Positions 12,079-25,426 of a stretch of DNA of 64,000 bases are shown one piece after another. The notes below the pieces were generated by a model. That model did not search any database, had not been told where the DNA came from, and saw only the letters and a program-made list of their open reading frames with translations. A program made the translations under genes and the position numbers. Numbering within the stretch: the stretch's first letter is position 1; the number at the start of each line of letters is the position of its first letter. Origin of the DNA: Lepidodermella squamata (Eukaryota; Animalia; Gastrotricha); NCBI GenBank assembly GCA_047495785.1, contig JBLDXI010000031.1, positions 186,001 to 250,000 of the forward strand. Direction: 5' to 3'.

Positions 12079-14420
12079 TCAGTATTGTGAGCGCCGCGAT
12101 CCACTAAGAGAGTGATGATTCGTAACCTTATAATCTCTATTTCTCCAGGTTAGGATCAGCGAGCTGCTGAAAGATAAGATAAAAGCCCCGAAAGCAACAG
12201 CGATGCATCTAGAAACCGCATCTGGCAAAGCAAGAACAATAAGCACTGAGCCTAGAAGTATCGTTGAATTATTGACTAAAGCCATATTTGTTCGATCGAT
12301 AGAAGCTGGAACTGGCTTACCAACTCGGCGGAGGTTCGTCTTTATCTTATAGCAATTCCATATTTTTGAGATCAGAGTAACCAGATGCAAGCAAGGCAGC
12401 CCAATAGCCCAGATTATCATCTGCCTCGACTTGCAGATGAGAATTTCTGTATCAGTAACCACATCGGTTATTACGTCGTAGTTCTCGGATCCGAAACTTT
12501 CAATTAGGCAGAAGATTGGATCGGTAATCAAAGCAAATGTCAAGATTGCTGCGTTCAATATGCAGAAGCCCAACATTTGCTTCAGCGATATTTCAGTTCT
12601 CACTTGCCTGAAATTTCGAACATGATTCCACGACGGGGAGGAACGTGCGGAGTTCACTGGTAGACTGTTATTCGAGTGGAAAACCGTTGAACCTTCACGC
12701 GAATGTCTCTCGTAGCTGTTTTCCTCAATTTTGAATGATGGCATCGAACAATTTACGAATGATAAGCCAATAACAAGAACTGATATTTTAGTCACGAATT
12801 CGTTGTTATGGTTCGCTGCCAAGAAACCTGAGTGCGGGTAACTGAAAAGGAAAGCTGCAACATCCAATGCAAGGAACCCAAGAAACCGCACAATACTACC
12901 AATACCTTTTTCCGCAAATATTTCTCGCAATGCATTCTTATCCAGCCTCAGAATTCGGTTGATCCCGAGGCAAATCTGGGAAAGTGCAACAATTGCTGAG
13001 AATGTTGTGATGACAATGAATATTGGCTGCGAGATTTTGTATGTTTCAACATTTGTTTGTCGATCATCTCGCGGCGGTTGGCCATCAAACGTTGCCCAAG
13101 CTATAGGTCTTACCATTCGCAAGTTGAAGTTGGAGTAGGCAAATTCAGGACTCCCAGCGTTTTGGTGGACAGTTACGACAATCTGATCACCTTTCTGTGG
13201 TGTCCATTGAACTACGGCCTGGGCATCCGCCTCAACTAAGCCCTTCTCAGTGTAGCTCATGTTTCCTATGCGGAGGCCTTGGATGTTAATATGGAAAAGG
13301 GACTCGTTCACAGCTTTCATGACGATTTCGGGGTTCGTTTTATAGTTAGCCAGGGACACATTTTGCTTCTTCAGTTCGATATCCGCATTGTGAAGTGCAT
13401 TCAGGCCTTTTAGTCATGCATCAAAAATCGGTACTGAAAGTCGGATGATAAAGCGAGATTAGGATTCACGGTTAGAAGCAGGTTCTCGTAACTTTTCTGA
13501 GTAAAACCCCACTCAGAACGAATGTTTGGATACTCAAGCTGCTGCGCCGATCCAGTCCAAAATGCTTGTAGGAACTGCTGTGAGTAAACTTCCCTTTTAC
13601 ATCCATGAACTTCCGGTGCCAGACGGTACGGGTTGTTAAATGTGCTGTAGTTCACGATGAAAACATATCTCGGCCCCGTGATTCCAGCTTTAAAGGCTTG
13701 GCATAGGAATCGATAGACAATGACGTCATTTGAAGTGAATAGGTTGATTATTCTGACGTCTAGCGATTTGATCGTCTCAATCACTTGATCGTTGATCTCG
13801 ACTATAGCGGTAAAATAGGCGACGTTCAGGTTACTGTCGATTGCAGCGCGGTACAAAAGCATAGCTGTGCCGTAATCGTTAACATTCGCGGCGTTTGTAA
13901 CAACTCCGAAACGTGACCATTTACCGATATTTCGAACGAATTGGAGGATCGTGTAGGTCGTAAATTGCCCGGTTGGTATGGATAGATAGACATTGGGGTA
14001 CTTGTGGTGATTGATGAAGATTGCAGCACTGCATAGCGAACTTAGGACAACCATTTTCAGCTCGTTAACAATAGGGCTCATCGACTGGCAGCCCGTTGAA
14101 AACTTGGGTCCGAGGATCAATGGGGAGGCAGTATAGGCCAGGCTGCTCATAGATTTATCATAGAATTCGATGATAGCTCGCGGAGCCGCGTTTCCTGATT
14201 TCTCATCGACAAAATCGAATTCGACTTGGTAGTCGGGCAGCAGATCCGAGCGATTATTAATTTGATCAGCCATCCAACGAGCTACGTCGCTCCAAATTTC
14301 TCCTTTCTGGATTGGACCAACTGGCGGTATGAGGTTCAGTATTCGTAATCTGACTGGCTTCCCCTCTTGCTGAGGCAGTCCATTAAGTGCCAATAAAAAG
14401 GCAATCAGCATGAGACGCAT
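12079..14420 (-). pseudogene. Intronless class C GPCR (Venus-flytrap domain plus divergent TM region, GABA-B-like), frameshifted near 13410
   Basis: Signal peptide; INNRSDLLPDY, ILGPKFSTGC and YPNVY are typical of the ANF-receptor/VFT domain; multi-TM C-terminus without a Cys-rich domain. The two ORFs are rejoined by restoring 7 bp present in the sibling copy. Confidence 0.8.
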
Positions 14421-14919
14421 TGTTCCGGTTGATGATGAAAAGAGTTCAATTCAGAGTGAGAATCGAAGAACCTGTCAATCCTTTCTGGTGCGCAAATCGT
14501 GAAGCTAATGTTGAGAGTATAACACGTATGCTCTCTGCGTTTTGAGAGAAATTGCCTTCGTTACTGCTGAAAACGGACAGGTGAGAAAGTTCGAGCTGCG
14601 ATCTTCTGTCACATACAGATATATTCGCAGGACGTGTAAAGATTTGGTTCACCACATCGCTTGCACGGCAAGTTAATTAGCCGTATCTTAACGCTTTGCA
14701 CCTGCAGCATTACTGAAAATAACCGCTCATGCGAGTATCATATTGAAACCGGACCTTGCAGAGAATTCATGGCTTTCGAATCGTCGAGAAACCAACGCAG
14801 TTAGCAGCTCATTTGAACCACAGGTGCCCCACCATGAGGTTTTCAGTTCCCAAACATGTGGGCTGTTACTCTTCGCTCATTTGTCGAGCAATTCTGAATC
14901 TTTCAAGTGGAAACCTCGG

Positions 14920-15850
14920 CAGGCAGAGGTAAACGAAAATCAAATCGATCTTACGCAAATTCCATCTGGTATAACTATGCATTCTAGATATTTCGCAGCG
15001 AGTTGGTCAGCCGTTTGTCAGCCGACAAGTGACGAGGCAATAAACCGAAACAAACACTCCAATTGAAATCTGAACGGTGAAATTGATTTCCAGCCATATG
15101 ATTTCAGCAGTATCAGGAATATTATCGTTAATCACCACAGTCATCAAGAGGGATGAGGACAGGAAAACCGTTAACGATAAAACAGATCGATCAGATATAT
15201 CAGCGGGCAGTGAGAATACAGATAGCTGGAGAATTTTCTCAAGAATCATCGGTAACAATATTGTAGTGATGTAGCATTCGGCCATGACGAAGTTGAACTT
15301 GACCAATTTACCCGAGTCATGCCGTGTTGCGTTCGTTTCCAGCAGAAGCCAAACATCCGCGCCGGAGAACTCCGTCATTCCATGGTTAATCTTCCCTGTC
15401 ATTGGATCTGGACCTCCGAAAGCCTGCCGATCAAAGATAACTGCGTATTTCTCGAAGAAATATTTCACTGTGTAATTAAAATTATCAACAAAGTAATATA
15501 TATTAACATAGGAATTAGCCATATAGGAATGGATCCAATATTGCTGATCCCATTGCTGTGCGTCAATTGTAGCGCCCAAATTTAATCTTTCACTCGATAG
15601 CTGCAGATTTGTGGAATTCGCGGAGAAGTCACATTCCATGCAGCGCATGTACGAAGCTGCACATAAACTGAAACTTCGGCTTGTATTGAAAAAGTTGCTC
15701 GGTATCGCTGATAGCGATGAGTGATATTTGCCGAAGTCGTACCATTGCTCTTACTCTCAAGCTGTTGTGCGTAGGTTCAGTAGCATTGCGAAGGTATGGG
15801 CAGATGGTTTGCAATTTTTTTACAGAATTCGTCCCTTGGAACTAATCCAG
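14920..15850 (-). pseudogene. Cys-loop channel pseudogene
   Basis: CPYLR, loop and M1-M3 segments are recognisable, with frameshifts, loss of the Cys-loop exon region and a premature stop after CRLTNG. Confidence 0.85.
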
Positions 15851-16012
15851 TCGCCTCGGACGGCGGTTTAAGCGCAGAGATGCACATTAAAGTTTACTTA
15901 AATTAAGATTCAATTTCAATCCGCGCAATCATGATGTCGATACAGATAAGCACAGATTGATACCAAAAACACGATTCATCTTCATTTTATTATATTCAAC
16001 GTGCATTTCATT

Positions 16013-18414
16013 TCACATGGCACCAATGCATGTTTCCATCGTCAAGCCATACACGGTGGCTGTTGAGGGTCCTGTTTTTGTAGGCGCGCCGCGGAGAGCG
16101 AAGCAGCAACCTCCGAACGTACTGAATTGATAGGTATTGATTCCCATCTATGCAATGTCATGAAACAATTTCTTAACCCTTTCAGTGCCGAAGGACATAA
16201 ATGTCCTTCTCCGCAGAGAACAAGAGCAAATTATTAATAATATATTTTATACGTGGTACCCAGGTATATATTATCGGATATGCGTGCGCAAACAATGGCG
16301 ACGCGCGCGCGTGTCCGTGTGTTGCGCTTGCACTCGCGTCGAAAAGCGTGAGCGCGCGGGTCGTTCCGCACCCCTCGAAGGCCCGCAGCTATCCAACGAT
16401 ATAAAATAATCGAGAATCTACCGGGCGGATAGGGAGCAGCCGGGCGCCAAAAAATCACCCATTTAGGGTGCTACGGCTCAGGTACGCCAAATAGTGCGAC
16501 TCTCAGGGCGGAATTTCTCGCTGGATGATTTTTTTCGCCGCGGCGCTTGTAGCCTGCCGTCGAGGGCAGGCCCGCAGCTATCCAACGATATAAAATAATC
16601 GAGAATCTACCGGGCGGATAGGGAGCAGCCGGGCGCCAAAAAATCACCCATTTAGGGTTCCTCCGAGCCGTGTGTACTTGTCCGCACTACAGCGCGCTTG
16701 AGTACAAAAGCGTGTCACTCGCCGCGCATTGCACAACCTGGAGCGCTTTGGGTCAAAATTGGAGCTCCAAGTTTATTGCGTGATATAAAATCATATTCTA
16801 ATATTCAGGTAATTCATAGTTCAAAAGTTGTTTGAGGAATCGCACAATTCCCGAGTGAAATTCAAGTAGATTTTTCTCGAAAAAAATGCAGTTGCATCCA
16901 TTGGCTGCTTTTTTCATGTTTTTACTATATAGTTTTCTAGCTGTTACATTTTTTATTATCAATCGAGTTCAATAGAAAACTTACAATCCACAGCTGATTA
17001 CCTGATCGCTGCAAATTTTAGCGAAAATTATTTTCTCAAATTTCCGCGCGATCGACGGCGGAGAGTGATGACGTCTCAATCGGGCAATTATCGCCTTGAA
17101 ATTGCGCATTTTCAAAAATTGCGTCGCAAATACGCTGAAAAACCTTACATATTTTCGAATGCGCTCGTGAAATTTTTTTAGTCACAGCTATTTAGCGCGA
17201 TTGTGAAAAAGCACTCTCTTTTTTTGAATCTAACTTTTTACTTAGTTTTTTGGTTGGTTGATTTTTTATTTTTGACGATTGATCGATTCGATTTTCATCA
17301 TCTGTTGATTTCAATAAAATTGAGAAAATATTATGTGAAAATCATGTTTTCTGATACGGTTGCCGCAAAATAGGGCAAAATTGTCATCGTCCTTTTCAGC
17401 CCCGGTACCAAAGAGGAGGTACGGTACCGTCAACACGCCGCTCATTGACGAGTTGCGCAACACACGCAATGCGCGCATTGATTCGCGCACTCTCCACGCG
17501 CATTTCGTGTTTGCACAATGGATAAGTAAACAATAGGAAAAGCCGAAAATTGAATTTTACCTGCGAAATACAAATAGCTAATGAAAAGGCTTGATTCTCT
17601 GCAGAGAATAAATTCTCCACCGAGAAAATAAATTCTCGGTGGAGAAAACGTCGGCACGGAAAGGGTTAATGCAGATCAGGAAAATAGCGCAAACTCACCA
17701 AGGTAGTTACTTGAACATGGGTAGCATCGGTAGCCGTGTTGGGGAAACGAGTGCAATAAGCACGAGTGCCAGCGTCGCCAATACTTGTGTAACAGAAGAT
17801 GTTATCTTGTAAGGGGTCGCATCGGCTGCTCCGATACAGGTCAAAATCCCAGCAGCATTGTTTGCCTGCGGGAGGACTTCGTATTTGATATTAGCAACGC
17901 TAGCAGGCGCCAGAGTGGCTGAGCAGCAATCAGCAAATGAGTTGAAGGTGTTTGGCGAGTCGGTAGAAGCCTAGACCCATGAATTTATACTGCAATTGGA
18001 AGCAGGGATGAAATGATTACCGCAGCAGCGGGCGTTACTGCCAAATAGGAGGTACATGACGCTCCGGCAACATTGTGGCGAAATTTGACAGTTGCGGCTA
18101 CAGCATTAGTACCTGTAGCTCCCAGAGTAGTCATTGAGCACAATTGGTAAGTCTGGCAGAGAAATTGAAGATACGCAAGGTTGAATTTCAAATATGATCG
18201 TTTTTCCAAATACCGATGCTTGGCAAGTCTGGCCGCCTGTTACACACTGATTGTCGGTTTTGGCGATGCAATTCTTGCTACTGGTATCGCAAAAGCTAGC
18301 AGACTGAGCGCAGGTTTGACCTGAAGTGCAGCTCGGAGACGCCGTCGTTGTCAGTGGACAAGCCGTGACTGTGGCTAATCCAGCAGCGATGATCGCAAGT
18401 GTAAGGTAAGGCAT
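16013..18414 (-). CDS. Secreted Cys/Thr-rich protein with a possible degenerate Kunitz-like segment; possibly pseudogenised
   Basis: Signal peptide MPYLTLAIIAAGLATVTA. Spliced exons give CxxGQTC repeats and LCS...KFRHN...SCTSY...PNTFNSFADCC. A putative last exon (16013-16121) lies beyond the piggyBac, and there is an in-frame TAA just before that donor. Confidence 0.5.
16177..17665. mobile_element. Non-autonomous piggyBac-type element
   Basis: TTAA flanks at 16173-76 and 17666-69; TIRs CCCTTTCAGTGCCGA / TCGGCACGGAAAGGG; no transposase. Confidence 0.88.
16379..16658. repeat. Exact ~91-bp direct repeat inside the piggyBac element
   Basis: 16379-16469 is identical to 16568-16658. Confidence 0.9.
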
Positions 18415-19216
18415 ATTGAGATTTGAGATTGGTAGCTAAGAGTTTCGAACAATAAGAGAAGACCTATGCATCGGGCGATATTCTTACTGAAATTAAAGCT
18501 GCCTTGCGTCATGTCAGACATTCTTTGCGCCAACTAACGATAGAGCCATTGTACATTGTAGTGTGTTCGATACTTTGAACTGCAGATATAGACGAAACGA
18601 GTACAAACTTTCAATTTAGTTTCGGTTTGTGGCTCATAATCCTGCTCTCATAACCTTGCTTGTCCGGAAAATGGGCGTTTTAGAAAGCTAATTGGACTGC
18701 AGAACAAGGCAGACAGCAGTAACTCCCTTCATGCCATCGCCCTTCAAAGCTGCATCATGGGCGGGAAAGTTCGACGCCCGGATAAATTCAACCCAGTTTT
18801 CACGTTTGGTTGAAAGACGAAAGGAGAAAAATATCGCTTCAGCTGCGATGAGGCTGTGACTATCAACTAGGACAGTTGGAAAATCATCGCTTCAGCTCTT
18901 CGAAATCAAAGTTACCAAAGTTCGATTGATCACTGAAAAGCCTGATGACATAAGTATCTTATGTCAGCAATCTACACGATTTAAGAGCGAACGATTTAAA
19001 GGCATAGGTAATCATAGAAAATCTCAAACAACTACCCGAGCCCCAGTTTCTATTCAATGAATATGCGTGCTTTATCAATGAATAGAATTACTTACAGCTC
19101 CAATCTTCCATGGAACTATTGACACTATTCAAAAGGCTCTCGCATGCATCTCAATGTGAAATTTCGCATAACAAGCCTAAATATGCATTTCTGATTGCTT
19201 GTAATGGTCAGAAATA

Positions 19217-20629
19217 ATGAAGTTCACCGCAAGATGGCCATGGCCTTTACTGATAATCTTATCCGCCTTTTCCAATGTCGTGCAATCAATGACGCAGGAG
19301 AAATATCAGCAAGTTCTCGCGGCCCATAAGGCTCTAGGTGCTAAAACAGGCGGGCATGAGCTCGAGCTATTCCACGCTGGACACGCAGCTCTGAAAGCAA
19401 ACAACCTCAACAAAGCCTATGCAATCTTCAAGAAAGCCCTCCGAGTATGGCACATGGCCGACGATGCTGATCTATCGCATCTTATGAATGAGATCCAACT
19501 GCTGCAATTCCTCGAGCACACCGCGACTAGGTTAGGAAAGAATGAAGATGCAGTCAAATACTGCCGGCAAATGGTTGATATTGAAGACGGGCAGGCGGAA
19601 AATATCGCTGAGACCTATAAAAGCGACCTCGAGCACTGCAAGTTCGTAGTCGCGGCAGACAAGGCTCAGCAAGGTGCTGCTGATATCGAAATATTTCCGG
19701 TTGAAAAACGCGAAAATATCGCTAGGAAGCTGAGCAAAATCAACGACTACCGATTGTGCCGTAGCATTTCTTACAACGGCCGAAATAATTACTGCCGCAT
19801 ATCACATCGAAGGAATCATCCGCTATTGACTTTTGCTCCAGTGAAAGAAGAAATATTAAGCCTGAATCCACCCGTTGTCATGCTGCATGATCTTGCTCTT
19901 CCGAACGAAGTCGAGATTTTGAAAATTGAGGGACGAATAACGTTGGCAGAAGCAACTGTTGGCCATGATGACACGCATCAGCTAAGATCGCTGGTTCGCA
20001 AGCAGAAAATTGCCTGGGTCGATAACCATTTGTTGCCGCGTCTTTCAGCTAGAATGGAAGCTTACACAGGACTGAAAGCTTCGGGTGATGGTTAGAAAAA
20101 CAACTTTTCGTATATGATGAATTGAATTTCTGGTTAACTGTAGCTTGCGAAACGTTCCAAGTTGGCCATTACGGAATTGGAGGGCGTATGTCACTTTCAA
20201 ATGAATTTGTATTTAACTCTTAATTTTCAATTATTTAGATTATCTACCCCATTCAGATAGCATAAATCAGGCAGCTATTCAATCTGAGATTGGAGATCGT
20301 ATAGCGACTGTCATTTTGTATCTGAACGACGTCGAGGAAGGAGGCCATACAGTATTTCCGCGTCTTGGAATCAGTGTGAAGCCAAGAAAAGGCTCAGGAC
20401 TGTTTTGGTACAATTTTCATCACAATGAAACTGTTGACGAGAGAACACAGCATGCTGCCTGCCCAGTAATTAAAGGCGAGAAATGGGTATGTTTTACGGA
20501 TAGTTTTAAATACAAAGATTGAAAGTGGCTGAATTGCAGGTTGTGAATAAATGGTTTCGATGGCGTGGACAAATGTTCAACAAACTCTGTGGAGCTGAAC
20601 CGGATCAGCGATTTACTATCGAAATATAA
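19217..20629 (+). CDS. P4HA: Prolyl 4-hydroxylase alpha subunit
   Basis: Four exons; signal peptide, TPR-like region, APVKEEILSLNP, HYGIGG..YLPHSD, DRIATVILYLNDVEEGGHTVFP, TQHAACPVIKGEKWVVNKW. Confidence 0.92.
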
Positions 20630-21451
20630 TAATTTTCATCATATCATTTCATGATGTTGATGACATGCCTCGATACTGAAAGCTTTCCCGAAGGTTTTAT
20701 TTTGAAATGTCGCCGCCATGCGTAATCCTTGTGCTCTTTGCACTTTGCAAGCATGACTTGTTGTTCTAAATCAAAGCGAATGAATTACATCCAATTGGGG
20801 GATTGTGTAGACTGTATAAGTAAACGTAAAAACGTTATGCCCTTAACATCGCAGTAATACTGCCAGCTGTACCTTGGCCCTTGGGTAAGGATTTCGACCG
20901 ATCCTATGCTGACGCCATCCATCGCTTTCCTACAGGCCGAAATTTCAATCAATGACGGCTTTTTGGACGAGCAAGTTTGTGGCTTTGAAGGTTGAGCAAA
21001 AAGCAAGCTGATTAGGTTCTTACTATTGTTATTGTTTGCGAAAAAAACAGTACCCTTCTTATGGTAATTCCACCTTGAATACTGCCAATCCTTATATGTT
21101 CATCTTTCTCAAAACTCAATCATAACTCAATTCTCTTCAGAATCAAACATAGGTTCAAGTTATTGAAAGTCCGAATTTTATAGGAAGCCCAATGAAGAAT
21201 TGCCATTGTTTTACTTAAGATCAAGTACCTGCTTATTTAAGATATGTAACACAACGTGAAATCACGACCTAACTTTGCCTGCTGCTTTTATGAAAATTCG
21301 AGTTTCTTCGAATTTTTCGAATTCGAATTGGAAAACAACCCATTTTCTTACGGTCTAATGTCCATGTCCTGGTCTAATGTTAAGAAGGAAGAAGTATACT
21401 ATTATAGGATAATGTTCATCACTGAAAATTGTCATTTCCAATATAAGTATT

Positions 21452-23943
21452 TTACTGAGGCGCCCAGATATCGCAGCGCTTCCAACCGTCGGGGTTCATC
21501 TTCGAACCAAGTGGACAGCTAAAAGCAGCAGCAAATGGTTCGAAATTCTTCATGCCTTCGTTAACACTGAAATGAATAGAGCAGTTGAAAATTAGAAATC
21601 GAAATGAGTTCGATCAATTTAGACTTACCGCCATGGATTGTAGGAATGCTCATCTTTCATCAAACGAGCCTTGCCCTGTTCTGTGGTCACCTGACAGTAG
21701 CTTTGTGCGTTGCTGACGAAGAAGATTTGGTCATTGTTCAGCGGAACGCCAGGAACTTCGTACTTCTTCATGCCATCATCCCCAAGAGCCTTTTTCATTA
21801 TTAAATAAGCAAACTTCAAGCCGGCATTGTCAGCAGCATTTTCACCAAGAGTGCGCAGTCCGTAGCCTGTGTCATTGGGGCTAGCAGCTTGGAACTGATC
21901 GATTATACACTTGAGCTGCTCCTGGAACTTGGCCATCGCCGTTCCTTCAAGAATAGGCTTTGCTTCACCATAGGCATTAAATTTGACACCTCTGCTATCG
22001 AAGCCATGAAATATTTCTGTGCCGAGAATGAATGAACGTAACTGAGTATTACAACGACAAGCTAATCAAACCATGTCCAATAGTTAGACCAGGATTTCCC
22101 CAATTCCAAGCGCTGGGAAGATCAAATCGAAAGGCAGGTGCTACAACATAACCAGGAATCACAACGAGCGCATTGAGGGAAGGTTGATAGTAGGCATTTC
22201 TATCCAGCATTCCCACTAGTTCCCATCTAAAAAACAGTATTAAATTCCTATGATTCTGAACTCTGCCACGCTCACAAAGTGCTGATCCGATCCACAGCGC
22301 CGTCAAGTCGCCGGAAAACACGCTTAGTGCTGAACTCGTCAAGGGCCTTTTTGTTGTGAAGATAATCAGGACCTGGAACTTGCAGATCATCGTACTTCTT
22401 GTCGAAAGTTTCATTCATCAAATTTGAAGGATATCCCATAGAAAATGTGATCTTCTCAAGCTTCAGCATAACGGCAGCCTTTGACTTCTCGTCTAGCCAC
22501 GAAATTTTGTCCATTGCGTCGTGAACCTCAGCCAGAATTAGATTAGTCATGTTTGTTAAGTAGTCAACACTTTCTTTGGATAAGAAGCGTTGCACGAATC
22601 GCCGAGCTGTGAAGTGATCGTGGAAAAGCGGATCAATTACATCGCCACATGATATCTGGCTGGTTTTAGTTTTCTCGCAAAACGCATCTTCATCAATCTG
22701 TTGCGATTCATCGACTGATTGGAGGATATCGCGGAGCTGGTACAATGGCTGTGATATATCGCAAGCGATATCGCTCTTAAAATTATCGATTGCGATAAGG
22801 ACGGCGTAATTCGAAAAAACTCGCTTGCTTCGGTCGGAGCCGAGTTTCGCTCGAGTGTCCGCGATAAGCTGGGAAAGCTTCTCGAAGTAGGACCTTCTGC
22901 GGAACGAAATTCGAAGATCGTTCGATGACAAGACGGAGACCCCGGCTGAGCCGCCAATTGCTCGAAAGAACTCATACCAGTCGATGCTGGGACTTACCTT
23001 TTGCAGCTCTTCAATTCGCTTATTGAATTTATCCTCCTCATTCTCGATGAAGTTCGACGTATCAACGTCGTTGTTTTTCTGGTCACCTTCATTTTTAATA
23101 GTTGAGGAAATCTGCATATTGAGTATTAAAATTATACGAAGCAAATTTAATCTATTATAGACTCACCAGGGCGAGTGCAAATTCGAACTCGGCCAAATCC
23201 TTGAAGTAGACCTCAGAAACTGCGTAACGGTCTTTTCTTGGTATAATCATCTTGAAAAGCTTGGTCATTTCCGTGACGTACATCTCTTTAGCGTCGTTGA
23301 GTGTTTCATTGTCCACGTCCCTGTTAATCAAAGCCTGAGCCTTTATGTTGTCTCCGAAAAACGGTGTTGCTCTGGGGCCAAGCATAAGTTGGAACTCAGA
23401 ACCATTCGATGGATTCGTTTCCAAGTCAATCGTGAAAAAAGGGCTCTTCTTATTGAATATTGACACAGCAAGTGTGTGTTCCATTGGTGCCTTGACCTCT
23501 TCTTCGCTGACATAAACTCCGATTTCTCGAGCCATATTGCGCAGAAACGCAATAGAAGATTCTGGGTCATCGAAACGATCAGAGCTCTTCTCGCAGGAAT
23601 CGAGCAACTGCTTGAACTTCTTCTCTGCCGAAGTCCAGGTAGATTGATTTGAGGTCAGGAAATCCTGCTTAGCTCGCTCTACCATATTAGCTAAAGTCCC
23701 ATCTAACGCGCCCTGCGCATCAAGGGTCGGTTTGATGACCGCATTCGAAATATAACCACCACAGGCGAACTGGTAGAAATCTTCGCACGGGTCCACTGTT
23801 AGGTCTAGATTGCTCAAGATGTAATCAGCAGCCTTGACGCAACCAGGGGTCGTACATGATCCAAAACCAACCGTTGGATCAATCGGCCTAGCTGAGGCGC
23901 GGCCGAACAGTGCTCCTATAACTGCTAAGGTTGAGAAAAACAT
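21452..23943 (-). CDS. Secreted M13 (neprilysin/ECE-like) metallopeptidase
   Basis: Multi-exon; signal peptide; VDPCEDFYQFACG, NAYY, HEIFH (split by an intron), GENAAD, DEHSYNPWR, C-terminal CPLGSKMNP...CDIW. Confidence 0.92.
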
Positions 23944-23978
23944 TGTAATACTAAGGTTCCAGCTCTTGAGCCCCTGCT

Positions 23979-23986
23979 TTTATATA
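23979..23986 (-). promoter_or_regulatory. Probable TATA box of the M13 peptidase gene
   Basis: TATATAAA on the minus strand, about 36 bp upstream of the ATG. Confidence 0.5.
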
Positions 23987-25426
23987 CCTCGACCGCACAG
24001 GTAAGGCGTTGGGTGCCACAGCAATTATTGGGTCAGAGTTTTTTTTGTGCGGGCTGGCTTTGTTAAGCCGGCATGCATTTATGGTTATTGTATTGTTTGC
24101 CATTAGCCTGGAGAACCTAGAAAAATAAGACTCTCAGCTAGAAAAGGGTCCTTATGATTTCTTTCGGATTGCTCATTGGGTTGATTATTTACAAATAAAT
24201 TTACCTGAACAATCGGCTCTTTCCTATTATTACATGGCTAGTAAAAGGATCTTAATTATTTGACGTGCATGTTGAAGCAGCCGTGAAGTTTTTTGTGCAG
24301 GTGTTGATTAAGGTCACACTCTCACGATCTAAACTTCATCAAATACTTTTTTGTGATATTAAAAAAAACACGAATTCCCTAGATAATTACTTGTCCCAAG
24401 GTCGTGCAATTATCTAGGTAAACAACTCTTGAGAGCTATAACTGGGTCATGAATTATGTTTGGGCAAGTTGCTAGGCAGATAGCCGAGCGGGATTTCGAG
24501 ATTTCTCGACCGCAGAACCCAATCATGATTGATAGATATACTCATCGATAGATATATACTCATTGATAATTCTATAAAAAACATCGCAGAAGCTTTGCCT
24601 ACATGACCGATTGGCGGATTCACTTTTCATTTGCTATTCCTTGGCTATCAAAGCTAATCGCTAGAATTTCAGATAGCTCCAGTAATGGAAAAAGATTGAG
24701 ATTACCTTATAATGTGACCATCGGTCATTCGATTACAGGCACCCTTCGCTGTACTCGTTTCAAGGAACCAGGTATCACATCGCGCCAACTCTGGGGCGTG
24801 TGCCTTGTTATCATGTGCGTAATTTTTTTTGCATCGCATTTTTCAATAACTTAATAACCATCAGGAATGTTTTAAAGCGGGTTTCACCAGTCAAGAAAAA
24901 ATTGATGATGAAAATGCTGTCCGCAATTTTTATCGAAAATTCTCATTAGCAAGATTAGTCTGAAGGTGTTAATGGTTGAAGGTGCTGCTGATTGATGATC
25001 GAATTCTCGAGTTTCTTGCTTCAACGATTATTGCTGGATTTTAATTACTTGCTACTAACCCCTCACGCTCCTATCCCACTAATTACCGGATGTCTCGTTT
25101 CAGCCAGCAGTTTTGCTGCAACTGCAAAGGCGAAAGTAATACATAATAAATGTCAGTACTGTTTCAGCAATCACGAACGTTGGAAAGTCGCTTATTTCTC
25201 TTTTTCATTTACCAAGTATTCTTTCAAACGGATACGGATACTTACAACTTACAAAATAAGAAGAAAATTTAACCTATCACTGTAAAGGTTGATGTCGTTT
25301 GATAGGGATTATCGTTCAACTACTATTGCAAGTAGTACCGAAGCCGATCGATAACAAGTTCCAGCTCAGTTTTGTAGCAAACCGCGCGGAAACAAAAGTG
25401 AATAAATAATAGAGATCACCTTGCAA

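Noticed and set aside
13410-13412. Stop-codon readthrough or a micro-intron in the GPCR
   Set aside because: The two ORFs are in different frames, and the nearby 28-bp GT-AG does not restore frame. The 7-bp deletion explains the break.
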